From the NCBI GenBank assembly GCA_963674945.2, contig CAXXWQ010000001.1:64001-128000 (forward strand): a stretch of DNA of 64,000 bases, read 5' to 3'. Of the stretch, positions 9,868 to 20,819 are shown one piece after another. Each line of letters begins with the position of its first letter. Position 1 is the stretch's first letter. Source of the stretch: an uncultured Desulfosarcina sp. Lineage in GTDB: Bacteria; Desulfobacterota; Desulfobacteria; Desulfobacterales; Desulfosarcinaceae. A model generated the notes under the pieces. The model was not told the DNA's origin and made no database searches. It saw nothing but the letters and a program-made list of their open reading frames with translations. Both the position numbers and the translations under genes were made by a program.

Positions 9868-10764
9868 ATGAAAGAACAATTTTATGATGTCGTCGTCGTG
9901 GGTGCCGGACCCGCCGGTTTACAGGCGGCCATTCATGCATCCCGAAAAATGGTCTCGGTACTGGTGATGGGGAAGGTGGACAAGAGCAGCCTCTTCAATG
10001 CCCATGTGGAGAATCTTTGCTGCCTCTTCAACGCCACGGGCCAGACCATGTTGGAGACCGGGCGACGGCAGGCGGAGAACTTCGGGACGAAGTTTCTCGA
10101 TTCGGATATCCTGAAAATTGACGGGCAGAAGGAAAGATTCCTTCTCGATGCGGAAGACGGTCGTCGGATTATCTGCAAGAGTCTGATCCTGGCCACCGGC
10201 ACGGCGCGAAACAAGCTTCGGGTCAAAGGAGAAAAAGAGCTTACGGGAAGAGGTGTCAGCTATTGCGTGGATTGCGATGGCAATTTTTACCGGGGAGAAC
10301 CGGTGGCAGTGGTGGGAAATGAAAGTGCGGCCGCCGCTGGCGCCCTGACATTGGCCGAGATCGCCGGTACGGTACATCTTATCTGCGATGATTTGAAGGT
10401 ATCCGAATCCTTGCGAGAAAAACTCGATCATAGTCCGGTGGTAATACACCGGAAAGCTTCGGTAAAAGAGATTGCCGGCCACGAAATGGTGGAGGGGTTG
10501 GTTCTGGAGGATGGCACCATCTTGTCCACCAGCGGTGTTTTCATCGAACTGGGTGCCAAGGGGCTCATGGAATTGGCAACCGTTCTGGGCGTCGCCCTGG
10601 ATGATGAGATGCGGTTTATCCGGACCGATAAGCAGCAACGCACCAACGTACCGGGGATTTTGGCCGCCGGCGATATCTGCGGTCCTCCCTGGCAGGTGGC
10701 AAAGGCCGTGGGAGAGGGGTGTGTGGCGGGTATCAATGCAGCCGATTATGCGAAGAAGTTATAA
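9868..10764 (+). CDS. Thioredoxin reductase-like FAD/NAD(P) oxidoreductase
   Basis: GAGPAG, ILATG, GRGVSYCVDCDG (CxxC), TNVPGILAAGD. Confidence 0.9.
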   Translation: MKEQFYDVVVVGAGPAGLQAAIHASRKMVSVLVMGKVDKSSLFNAHVENLCCLFNATGQTMLETGRRQAENFGTKFLDSDILKIDGQKERFLLDAEDGRRIICKSLILATGTARNKLRVKGEKELTGRGVSYCVDCDGNFYRGEPVAVVGNESAAAAGALTLAEIAGTVHLICDDLKVSESLREKLDHSPVVIHRKASVKEIAGHEMVEGLVLEDGTILSTSGVFIELGAKGLMELATVLGVALDDEMRFIRTDKQQRTNVPGILAAGDICGPPWQVAKAVGEGCVAGINAADYAKKL

Positions 10765-11499
10765 GGATAGGTCCTGGGGTAAAGGCGATCGCAGTCGGAT
10801 TCCCGCAAGATCGATGGCGACGTCGTAGGCAATGATCTCGACGCCGTTTTCCCTGGCAGTGCGAAGCTTCTTTCCATATGCCGGATCGATATGATCCGCA
10901 GGGGCGAAGGTCACGGCATCCATTCGTTGAATGAGGAAGAACATGGCGCACCGAAATCCTTTTCCCACCAGCGTTTGCAGTTCCACCAGATGCTTTTGCC
11001 CCCGAACGGTAACGGCATCGGGAAAGGTGGCGACCCCATCCGTTACCAGCGTGCAGTTTTTGACTTCCACATAGCAGTCACGGCGGTCTGGCGACGTCAG
11101 CAGGATGTCGATGCGGGATCTTTCGCCTGCTTTCACCTCGCGTCGAACCGTTTCATACCCGGTAAGTTCTTCCACGATCCCCGATGAAATGGCCTGGGCC
11201 ACGAGTCTGTTGGGCACCTGGGTGTTGACCCCCACCATGGAGTCGGGCATCTGAATCAGCTCCCAGGTATATTTGAGCTTTCGTTTGGGATTGTCATGGC
11301 AGGAGAGAAATACCGGCTGACCCGGCAGGCAGCACGCCTTCATGCTTCCTGAATTGGGGCAGTGGGCCGTGACGGTCTGGCCGTTATCCAGGCGGACATC
11401 TGCCAGGAAACGTTTGTATCGCCGGATCAGGGTTCCGCGGATCAATTCCGGCCAGCGGAGCTTGTCTTCTGGAATATGCGTTTTTTGATTCTTGTTCAT
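10759..11499 (-). CDS. sfsA: Sugar fermentation stimulation protein / nuclease SfsA
   Basis: RYKRFLADV, AHCPNSGSM, SRIDILL, YVEVKNCTL, FPDAVTVRGQKHL; ATGA overlap with upstream stop. Confidence 0.93.
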   Translation of the reverse strand: MNKNQKTHIPEDKLRWPELIRGTLIRRYKRFLADVRLDNGQTVTAHCPNSGSMKACCLPGQPVFLSCHDNPKRKLKYTWELIQMPDSMVGVNTQVPNRLVAQAISSGIVEELTGYETVRREVKAGERSRIDILLTSPDRRDCYVEVKNCTLVTDGVATFPDAVTVRGQKHLVELQTLVGKGFRCAMFFLIQRMDAVTFAPADHIDPAYGKKLRTARENGVEIIAYDVAIDLAGIRLRSPLPQDLSL

Positions 11500-12011
11500 G
11501 GGCAGACGTTCCCATACCGGCCGGATGCGCATTGGCAGTGGGCCTTTGGTTTTACGAATCCGTCCGAACAGCGACTTTTTACGAGGTCATCCGTATGGAT
11601 AAGTTCCAGTATTTCCGTTTTGGTGTACAGGCGGCCCTGGCCGATGCCCGGGCATTGGCGGCGGATCGTTTGCCAACGGGCTTCACTGCGCAGGTTTATG
11701 AACCAGAACGGAAATTGTCTGCACTGATGGGGGCGGACCGGATGGATTCGGCAACCATTTTCGAAAAACAGGCAGTTTCCATCCCGGTCCTCTCTTATGG
11801 TGTGACCGCCTTCCCATGGTGCAAGGTACGTTTGGATGAAACGCCCTTCGGTGATGTTTATATAGGCGGCGATATCGGCGATCTCCCGTCGGTTCACGCG
11901 TACGATACCCGGCGCGCCGGTGCAGCAATTTCCGCATCGCCGGCACGCGAACCGGATGCCGTTATCGAAAAAATAGCTGTGACGGTCAAAGGGATTCATT
12001 GGCTTGTCCAC
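11496..12011 (-). CDS. YkgJ-family (CxxCxxCC) cysteine-cluster protein
   Basis: FACRRCGNCC, CLFF, CRIHPVRPHQCRQFPFW, CPGIG. Confidence 0.9.
   Translation of the reverse strand: MDKPMNPFDRHSYFFDNGIRFACRRCGNCCTGAPGIVRVNRREIADIAAYINITEGRFIQTYLAPWEGGHTIREDRDGNCLFFENGCRIHPVRPHQCRQFPFWFINLRSEARWQTIRRQCPGIGQGRLYTKTEILELIHTDDLVKSRCSDGFVKPKAHCQCASGRYGNVCP
11548..11592 (-). repeat. Left end of family A element inside the 3' end of the YkgJ gene
   Basis: Minus strand gatgacctcgtaaaaagtcgctgttcggacggattcgtaaaa matches the minus strand of 3062-3105. Confidence 0.8.
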
Positions 12012-12013
12012 AG

Positions 12014-12050
12014 GAATAACGCCGGAGGTCCTATCCTTCCGGCGTTATTC
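12014..12050 (-). terminator. Hairpin downstream of the zraP-like gene (possible terminator)
   Basis: gaataacgccgga / tccggcgttattc perfect 13-bp stem; weak U tail. Confidence 0.5.
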
Positions 12051-12084
12051 TGTTTCTATCGTTTATCGGATACTGAATCAAAGG

Positions 12085-12579
12085 TTATCGGTACGGGCAG
12101 TCACCGGGACCATTTGCCATACCCCGGCCCTTTCCATGGTGTCCCCGGCCATCCATTAGGTAGCCCCTTGCCGCATCCGGATTGATTTGTTTCATGGCCA
12201 TGATGTGTTTCAGTCGTTTCTGGTCCAGCCGCGTCTGAAGTTCGGAGATCTCCTTTTGAATGTTTTCGGCGACCTTTGCGTCGGGTTGCTGTTTTGCGAT
12301 TTCCGCTTTCAACGCCTGGTGTTTTGCAAATATTTCCTGCCTTTCCTCCTTGGTGGCCTCGAAATAGGCATTTCGTTCGGCATCGATCTGTGCTCTTTGT
12401 TCATCCGTAAGATTCGCATTCATCCGGCCATAACGGCAATCCCCCTTTCCATACCCATTGCCACCTCCGCTCCCGTCCCGGTTTCCCATGCCTTTTCCGG
12501 CAAAGGCATTGGCGCCTGTAGCGATGACGGCGATTGCAATCAGCGTGGCCAAAAGATTTCGTACTGTGTTGGTTTTCAT
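12085..12579 (-). CDS. Periplasmic ZraP/Spy/CpxP-family protein
   Basis: Signal peptide ending ANAFA, Gly-rich linker, LTDEQ motif, helical body; divergent from sigma54 two-component pair. Confidence 0.8.
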   Translation of the reverse strand: MKTNTVRNLLATLIAIAVIATGANAFAGKGMGNRDGSGGGNGYGKGDCRYGRMNANLTDEQRAQIDAERNAYFEATKEERQEIFAKHQALKAEIAKQQPDAKVAENIQKEISELQTRLDQKRLKHIMAMKQINPDAARGYLMDGRGHHGKGRGMANGPGDCPYR

Positions 12580-12656
12580 GGGGTACTCCTTTCTCGTTCG
12601 TCTGTTTTGCGTTCTGTCCAATGGAACAAATGGGTTGTAATCTCAACGATCACATG

Positions 12657-12673
12657 AGCAAGGCGAATGCCAA
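12657..12673 (-). promoter_or_regulatory. Sigma54 (-24/-12) promoter for the zraP-like gene
   Basis: Minus strand TTGGCATTCGCCTTGCT = TGGCAY-N5-TTGC. Confidence 0.75.
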
Positions 12674-12795
12674 TTCCATTTGATTTTTTTTCCCAATGGT
12701 CATAACCTTCTGAATCTAACAATGAATATTGCCTTTGCAACACGAATCCTTCATGACCGGTACATGCGCGGAAAGATTGCAGGGTGGGTAGAAAG

Positions 12796-12823
12796 TAACC
12801 GGATTGGGTTTCCAATCCGGTTA
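12796..12823. promoter_or_regulatory. Perfect 12-bp inverted repeat, candidate enhancer (UAS) for the ZraR-like activator
   Basis: TAACCGGATTGG-GTTT-CCAATCCGGTTA, about 125-150 bp upstream of the sigma54 site. Confidence 0.5.
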
Positions 12824-12855
12824 AAAACGTTCCGGTAATAAAAAGCGGATGATGC

Positions 12856-14577
12856 ATGACTGACAGATCAAAAATCAAGGCGCTTCTCTCGGGCCTTTCG
12901 CCGTGGGTTCTTCTCGGAGCGGTCGGTGTGATGCTGCCCATCGTGGTCGCCATGGCGCTGACCAATATTAACCATAATAAGCAGCAGAGCATTCGTCTGA
13001 TGATGGAAAAGGGCGGGGCGCTCATCCGTTCCTTCGAGGCGGGAACACGGATGGGCATGAGAGGCGGACACGGCAGCGGTTTTGAATTGCAGCGGCTTTT
13101 GATTGAAACCGCTGCGCAACCGGACATCGCCTACCTGTTGGTGACCCGAACCGATGGAACGATCATCGCCCACAGCCAGATAGATCTCGTGGGGAAAACC
13201 TACGATCATGTTTCAGACCTCGGCCCGGTTCTGTCATCCGGCGAAATGGCATGGCGGCGGACGACGTTTCCGGACGGAGAATCGGTTTTTGAAGTTTATC
13301 GTTATTTCAAACCATTGGAAAGAAGGTCCCGCCATCCCAAACATGGGCAGGGGATGCGAATGCACCCGGTGGAACGGGACCCGACGCCCATGGTGATTTT
13401 CGTGGGCTTTCGGACCGACGCCATCGATGCGGCCCATCGAAACGACATGCGTCATACGACGGTTCTGGCCGTCGTCCTGTTATTGGTGGGCTGTGCCGGC
13501 GTGCTTTTGCTCTTTCTCACCCACAACTACCGGCTGGCCCGCACCTCCCTGTCCCGGCAGAAGGCCTTTTCCGATGACCTGGTTTCCCGAATGCCCATGG
13601 GACTCGTGGCCCTGGACCGCTACGGTGCGGTGAGCGCCCTCAACGCCGTCGCCGAGGCGACCTTGGGAATCCGGGCGGACAATGCCGTCGGCAGGCCCTA
13701 TACGGAAGTGATTCCTCCCTCTTTGACCGAGATTCTGACCCACGCCGATACCCTGGTGGAAAAAGAGGTCCAGTGCACGGTGAAAGACGGGGTGACCATA
13801 CCGCTGGACGTGAGTGCCGCCACCCTGACGGACGAAAACAACGAGGGTTTCGGCCGCGTGTTGTTGTTCAAGGATCTTTCGGAGATTCGATCCCTCCACG
13901 AAGAGCTGGAAAAGACCCGCCGTCTGGCCTCAGTGGGACAACTGGCAGCCGGTGTTGCCCACGAGATTCGAAACCCGTTGAGTTCCATCAAGGGATTTGC
14001 CACCTACTTCAAGGAAAAATACCCGGATCGGGAAAAGGATCGACAGGTGGCCACCATCATGATCCAGGAGGTGGACCGGCTCAACCGGGTGGTGGGACAA
14101 TTGCTGGATTTTTCGAGGCCGATTCGGCTTCACCGGCGAGTCGTGCCCCTTTCATCCTTTTTTCGAGACGCCCTTCAACTGGTAGCCGGACAATGCGAAC
14201 GGGCCGGTGTCACCACGAAATTGGATCTGGCCGATGCGGACCTGACGATGGCAATGGATACGGACAAGATGAGCCAGGTGATGCTGAACCTTTTTCTGAA
14301 CGCATTGGATGCCATGCCCGAAGGGGGACGTTTATCGGTTCGGGTGGATCAAAATGAAAAGGGAGAGATACGCGTGACGGTGGCCGATACCGGAACCGGT
14401 ATCGGCGCCGGGGACCTGCCCCATCTCTTCGATCCCTATTTCTCGACCAAGCAGGCCGGAACCGGTCTGGGTCTTGCCATTGTCCATAACATCGTCAAGG
14501 CACATGGTGGACGGATCCGGGTGGAAAGCCGGTTGGGGGAGGGAACACGGTTCGAGATGATTATGCCGACTGCCTAA
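12856..14577 (+). CDS. ZraS/HydH-like sensor histidine kinase
   Basis: Two TM helices, PAS, H-box [13 protein letters not shown]-box NLFLNA, DTGTG, GTGLGL. Confidence 0.9.
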   Translation: MTDRSKIKALLSGLSPWVLLGAVGVMLPIVVAMALTNINHNKQQSIRLMMEKGGALIRSFEAGTRMGMRGGHGSGFELQRLLIETAAQPDIAYLLVTRTDGTIIAHSQIDLVGKTYDHVSDLGPVLSSGEMAWRRTTFPDGESVFEVYRYFKPLERRSRHPKHGQGMRMHPVERDPTPMVIFVGFRTDAIDAAHRNDMRHTTVLAVVLLLVGCAGVLLLFLTHNYRLARTSLSRQKAFSDDLVSRMPMGLVALDRYGAVSALNAVAEATLGIRADNAVGRPYTEVIPPSLTEILTHADTLVEKEVQCTVKDGVTIPLDVSAATLTDENNEGFGRVLLFKDLSEIRSLHEELEKTRRLASVGQLAAGVAHEIRNPLSSIKGFATYFKEKYPDREKDRQVATIMIQEVDRLNRVVGQLLDFSRPIRLHRRVVPLSSFFRDALQLVAGQCERAGVTTKLDLADADLTMAMDTDKMSQVMLNLFLNALDAMPEGGRLSVRVDQNEKGEIRVTVADTGTGIGAGDLPHLFDPYFSTKQAGTGLGLAIVHNIVKAHGGRIRVESRLGEGTRFEMIMPTA

Positions 14578-14583
14578 GGAGGG

Positions 14584-15942
14584 ATGATGGCTGGAAAATA
14601 CCATATCCTGGTCGTTGACGATGATGGGGCCCACCGGACCATGCTCCATACACTGGTAGAGGGATGGGGATACGATATCGCGGAAGCCGATGACGGTGAG
14701 ACGGCCGTTGCCGTCGTCGGGCAAAAGCCCATCGACCTCGTGCTCATGGACATCCGGATGGTTCGGCTTTCGGGAATTCAGGCGCTGGAGCAGATCCGGG
14801 CCATCAACCCATCCATTCCCGTGGTGCTGATGACGGCATACGCATCCATCGAAATGGCCGTGGACGCTCTGAAAAAAGGTGCCTACGACTATCTGACCAA
14901 GCCTCTGGATTTCGAAAAGCTGCGGCTGACCCTGGACCGGGCATTGGAGCATTTTCGTCTCAGGAGGGAAAACCGGGAACTCAAGCGGCGGCTGGCAGAC
15001 GGTTTTCATGCGCCTCGGATTATCGGCAACAGCCCGGCAATGGTCCGTCTGCTGGAAACCGTGGCCCAGGTCGCCCCTTCCGAGGCCACGGTGATGATTA
15101 CCGGTGAATCGGGAACGGGAAAGGAACTGGTGGCGGCATCCATCCACCATAACAGCCCGCGCAGGAAGGGGCCTTTCGTAAAGGTCAACTGCGCCGCCAT
15201 CACCGAGACACTCTTGGAGTCGGAACTCTTCGGCCATGAGAAAGGAGCGTTTACCGGTGCCGATCGACGCAAGGAGGGACGCTTCGTACAGGCGGACAAA
15301 GGAAGCCTCTTTCTGGACGAGGTGGGCGAAATGTCCATCTCCATGCAGGTGAAACTGCTGCGCGTGATACAGGAGCGGGAATTGACACGGGTTGGCGGCG
15401 ATCAGACGATCCGTGTGGATGTTCGCCTGATCACCGCCACAAACCAGGATCTGGCCCATATGGTCAGCCAGGGCACATTTCGGGAGGATCTGTACTATCG
15501 TTTGAATGTCGTCGAAGTAAAGACGCCGCCGCTGCGTAAGCGCAGGGAGGACATTCCTTTGCTGGCCGAACACTTTCTGACGCATTTTGCCGAAAAGAAT
15601 CGCAAGTCGGCAAGCCGCTTCTCCCCCCGCGCCATGGACCTGCTGATTCGTCATCCATGGCCGGGCAATGTCCGGGAACTGATGAATACCATCGAACGGG
15701 CGGTGGTGCTTTCCCGCGGCGATTGTCTGGTGGAGGAGGATTTTGCCTTCCTCTCCCCGGGGCAATGGAAAACCGACGATCCGGCAACCGTGGCCGATCT
15801 TTCATTGGCGGCCATCGAAGGGCAGGCCATCGTTCGAACACTGGAATCGACGGGCGGCAACAAGAGTGAAGCGGCAAGGCGGCTGGGCATTACCCGGAAA
15901 ACCCTTCGGGATAAGTTAAAGAAACTGGATCACTCCCCATAA
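14584..15942 (+). CDS. ZraR/NtrC-family sigma54-dependent response regulator
   Basis: Receiver, GESGTGKE, ESELFGHEKGAFTGA, WPGNVREL, Fis-type HTH. Confidence 0.95.
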   Translation: MMAGKYHILVVDDDGAHRTMLHTLVEGWGYDIAEADDGETAVAVVGQKPIDLVLMDIRMVRLSGIQALEQIRAINPSIPVVLMTAYASIEMAVDALKKGAYDYLTKPLDFEKLRLTLDRALEHFRLRRENRELKRRLADGFHAPRIIGNSPAMVRLLETVAQVAPSEATVMITGESGTGKELVAASIHHNSPRRKGPFVKVNCAAITETLLESELFGHEKGAFTGADRRKEGRFVQADKGSLFLDEVGEMSISMQVKLLRVIQERELTRVGGDQTIRVDVRLITATNQDLAHMVSQGTFREDLYYRLNVVEVKTPPLRKRREDIPLLAEHFLTHFAEKNRKSASRFSPRAMDLLIRHPWPGNVRELMNTIERAVVLSRGDCLVEEDFAFLSPGQWKTDDPATVADLSLAAIEGQAIVRTLESTGGNKSEAARRLGITRKTLRDKLKKLDHSP

Positions 15943-16013
15943 CGATTGCCTATCCAGAAATGGCCAATTCAATTGTCGCTTTGGCCTGGAAAAGCTTTTT
16001 ACGAAGCCGCCAA
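15940..16013. repeat. Chimeric remnant: family B outer end plus family A outer end
   Basis: taacgattgcctatccagaaatggccaatt (15940-15969) resembles 20641-20670; gctttttacgaagccgccaa (15994-16013) resembles the family A end. Confidence 0.7.
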
Positions 16014-16102
16014 CCATTGGGTAAAGTCCGCCTTTTCACTGCCGATATAGATGTCACCGCATGGCAAAGGTCATCCGCCTAAGGAGAAAGGGTCGTTTTT
16101 AG

Positions 16103-18163
<2,061 letters not shown>

Positions 18164-18171
18164 GAGCGCAT

Positions 18172-18489
18172 ATGAATTTGAAGGAACTGGCAGAAAATAT
18201 CGGCCTGGAGGAGGACGAGTTCCGGGAGTTGGTGGAATTGTTCGTAGAGACGGCCGGATCGGATTTTGAACGCTTGAAGACGGCCTTCGATGAGGGCGAC
18301 GCGGAAAAGGTGGCACGGGTCGCCCATACCATCAACGGGGCATCCGGCAACCTGGGAATCACGAATATCCACGAAGTGGCCAAAAGAATCGAACTGGCCG
18401 CCGGCAACAAAGAACTGGATGTCGTTTCCGACGACGTGGCCCATCTCGCGGAGCTTTTCGAAGAGGTCGGGAAAATCGTATATCCCTGA
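18172..18489 (+). CDS. Hpt phosphotransfer protein
   Basis: AHTINGASGNLG motif; directly after the hybrid kinase. Confidence 0.85.
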   Translation: MNLKELAENIGLEEDEFRELVELFVETAGSDFERLKTAFDEGDAEKVARVAHTINGASGNLGITNIHEVAKRIELAAGNKELDVVSDDVAHLAELFEEVGKIVYP

Positions 18490-18534
18490 CACCCTTCTGT
18501 CACTTTTGCGAAAAATCTGATATACGTCCCCCCT

Positions 18535-19437
18535 ATGATGCAACCTCGTATGGATACGCCCTGCCGGGAATTGTATTCCCGAATCGTCGCAGGCATCGAA
18601 AATGGGGGGAGACTTTCAAGAAGGGTTCTCGGCTATATCGAAACCTCCCTTTTCTCTCCGGATCCCGACTCCCTGGCGGCGTTTCTGGCCGATGACGACG
18701 ACTGCGAGAGAGACAGCCTGCTGGACCTGATCTTTTTCCCCGACCACGACCTGCAGATCGACATCGAACCGTTGCTGGAATCCAGAATCTTTTCCCGTGA
18801 GGATGAAGAGACCTTAGATCGCCTGCTGGTCAACCAGACAGTCACGGCGCCCATCCACATGCCGGACGGACGCCTGTTGATCCACATCACGGTCCCCGAT
18901 TTCATCAAGTCTCAATTCGTAAGGCGGCTGAACCTGTCCTGGCAATTGGATCTTTCCATCAAAGGGGCAATCGACAAGGGCGTGCCGAAAGGGCGCCAGA
19001 CCCTGGTGAAGGTCCGGCTGCGAAATGCGAATGTCCGGTTCTCTCCCACGGGACAGGCGCTGCTCTGTCGATTTTTCGAACGGATGCCCGGCGATGACAG
19101 GGATTACTTGCCGGGTCTGGATCTCGTGCTCACTTTCTCCAAGAGCAATGCCGAGACCGAGGATTTGTACGAAATATTCGCCGAGCACAAGCGCTTTCTG
19201 TTTCGCTCCCTTCAGCAGGCCAAACGCTTTGAAGCGATGCTGGCCCGGTCCAACATGGAAACCATGATGGCACAGGGCTTTCGGGCGACCCATGCGTCCA
19301 AGAGCGATCTTTTGCAGCGCATGCTCCTGCTCGACGGGATCTGTTACCGGCTTTTCGGCAGAACCGAGATCATCTGCAGTCCCCTGGAAGAACCGCTCCG
19401 GCACGTGCCCGATATCAAAGATGCGGTGTTTCCCTGA
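18535..19437 (+). CDS. Hypothetical protein
   Basis: 300-aa ORF co-oriented with the operon; no recognised motif. Confidence 0.7.
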   Translation: MMQPRMDTPCRELYSRIVAGIENGGRLSRRVLGYIETSLFSPDPDSLAAFLADDDDCERDSLLDLIFFPDHDLQIDIEPLLESRIFSREDEETLDRLLVNQTVTAPIHMPDGRLLIHITVPDFIKSQFVRRLNLSWQLDLSIKGAIDKGVPKGRQTLVKVRLRNANVRFSPTGQALLCRFFERMPGDDRDYLPGLDLVLTFSKSNAETEDLYEIFAEHKRFLFRSLQQAKRFEAMLARSNMETMMAQGFRATHASKSDLLQRMLLLDGICYRLFGRTEIICSPLEEPLRHVPDIKDAVFP

Positions 19438-19526
19438 TTGCAGTTAATTAAACCTCGGGCTCTGCCTGAGCGACCCCTGGAAGTTCGGACCGGTCCTGCG
19501 AGACACTCAATCGGCAGAAGCTTTTT

Positions 19527-19702
19527 TGAACATCGAACATTGAACATCCAGCGTCCAACGTCGAATGCAAAGATCGCTTCGCTCCATCGTTTGACAAAAG
19601 GAATTACCGGTCATTTGTTTCCGTCTGTAAAGCAGGGTCTACAAACGATTAAGATCGACAGAATGCCTTATTCGAAGTCGGACGTTCGATGTTCGGCGTT
19701 CA
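19527..19702. repeat. Inverted heptamer arrays around a core containing cttcgctccatcgtt
   Basis: gaacatc-gaacatt-gaacatc-cagcgtc-caacgtc (19528-19562); ttcgaag-tcggacg-ttcgatg-ttcggcg (19671-19698); core shared with 38679-38693. Confidence 0.75.
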
Positions 19703-19959
19703 TAGGCCTGGATTTTAGCCCCCTTTGAGCAGGCTTCATAATACCACCCGCTCTGCAGTTGGTCGGTGATTTCCCCTCCCTCTTGAAAATACCGTCCATT
19801 TTTTCGTTGGAAACCGCCGGGTTTGCCACACCATTCGGTTTACAAACGGTACAAAATGAGATAGGCAGGATCGCGGTGGGAAAGGTTCGACTGCCCCATC
19901 GATTCATTCATTGCCGGCCATCCATGGCTCCAATTTACAAGAAGTGGAACAAGTGTGTT

Positions 19960-20643
19960 ATGCATTTCAATACGATGAAAACCATGGCCATGTCCACCGT
20001 CCTTGGCGTGTTGATGGTTGTTTCTGCCTTTGTGCCGTCTTCGTCTGCTTCCGATGTCGACGGAACCATAGAAAAAATCATCGGCGGTGTGGAATCCCGG
20101 TATAACATCCCCGGGTTTTCCGCGGATTTCGAACAATCGTCGATCCTCAAGGCAATGGATGTCACCGACAGGGCGTCCGGCAGACTCATGGTGCGTCAAC
20201 CGGGAAAGATGCGGTGGGAGTATTTCGCCCCCGATCCGCAGACCATCATTACAGATGGTGTCGATCTGTGGATATTCCGTCCCGAGGAGAACCAGGTGAT
20301 GGTGGGAAAGGCGCCCTCTTTGTTCGGAGAAGGAAAGGGAGCGGGATTCTTATCCAACATCCGATCGGTTCGTGATAGTTTTACCATCTCTCTCGAACCC
20401 GATGAAACACCCGGACAATACCGGCTCAAGATGATTCCCGAGAAACCTTCGGCGGATCTGACGGCCGTGGAATTGCAAATCACCAGGGCGCACTATGACA
20501 TCGTTTCGATCACGACATTCAATGTGTACGGCGACGAAACGATCATCGAGTTAAAGAATATCAATCGGGAAGAGGTGCCGTTCGAAGCGTTATTTCGTTT
20601 CGAAGTGCCTGAGGGGGCTGACGTCGTCCAGATGAACCCATAA
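19960..20643 (+). CDS. lolA: Outer-membrane lipoprotein carrier LolA (start 19960 or 19975)
   Basis: Signal peptide, SADFEQ, GRLMVRQPGKMRWEY, IITDGVDLW, FRFEVPEGADV. Confidence 0.85.
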   Translation: MHFNTMKTMAMSTVLGVLMVVSAFVPSSSASDVDGTIEKIIGGVESRYNIPGFSADFEQSSILKAMDVTDRASGRLMVRQPGKMRWEYFAPDPQTIITDGVDLWIFRPEENQVMVGKAPSLFGEGKGAGFLSNIRSVRDSFTISLEPDETPGQYRLKMIPEKPSADLTAVELQITRAHYDIVSITTFNVYGDETIIELKNINREEVPFEALFRFEVPEGADVVQMNP

Positions 20644-20793
20644 CGATTGCCCATCCAGAAATGACCAATTTGCCCGATATCGGCGTTGCACGAAAAATTT
20701 TATCCTCGGAATATCAACCATATGCCTGTGGTAAAATTTTTCGTGCGCCTTGATCTCGACCAAATTCTCCTATTTCTGGATAGACAATAATTA
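20641..20793 (-). repeat. Hairpin element family B, full copy
   Basis: Outer IR taacgattgcccatccagaaat / atttctggatagacaataatta; inner gcacgaaaaatttta / taaaatttttcgtgc; boxes at 20681, 20705, 20721, 20747. Confidence 0.85.
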
Positions 20794-20819
20794 ATGACCA
20801 TCCAAACGAAGATCCAGTC

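Noticed and set aside
19438..19728. 96-aa ORF containing EHRTLNIQRPTSN
   Set aside because: Translation of the heptamer repeat element
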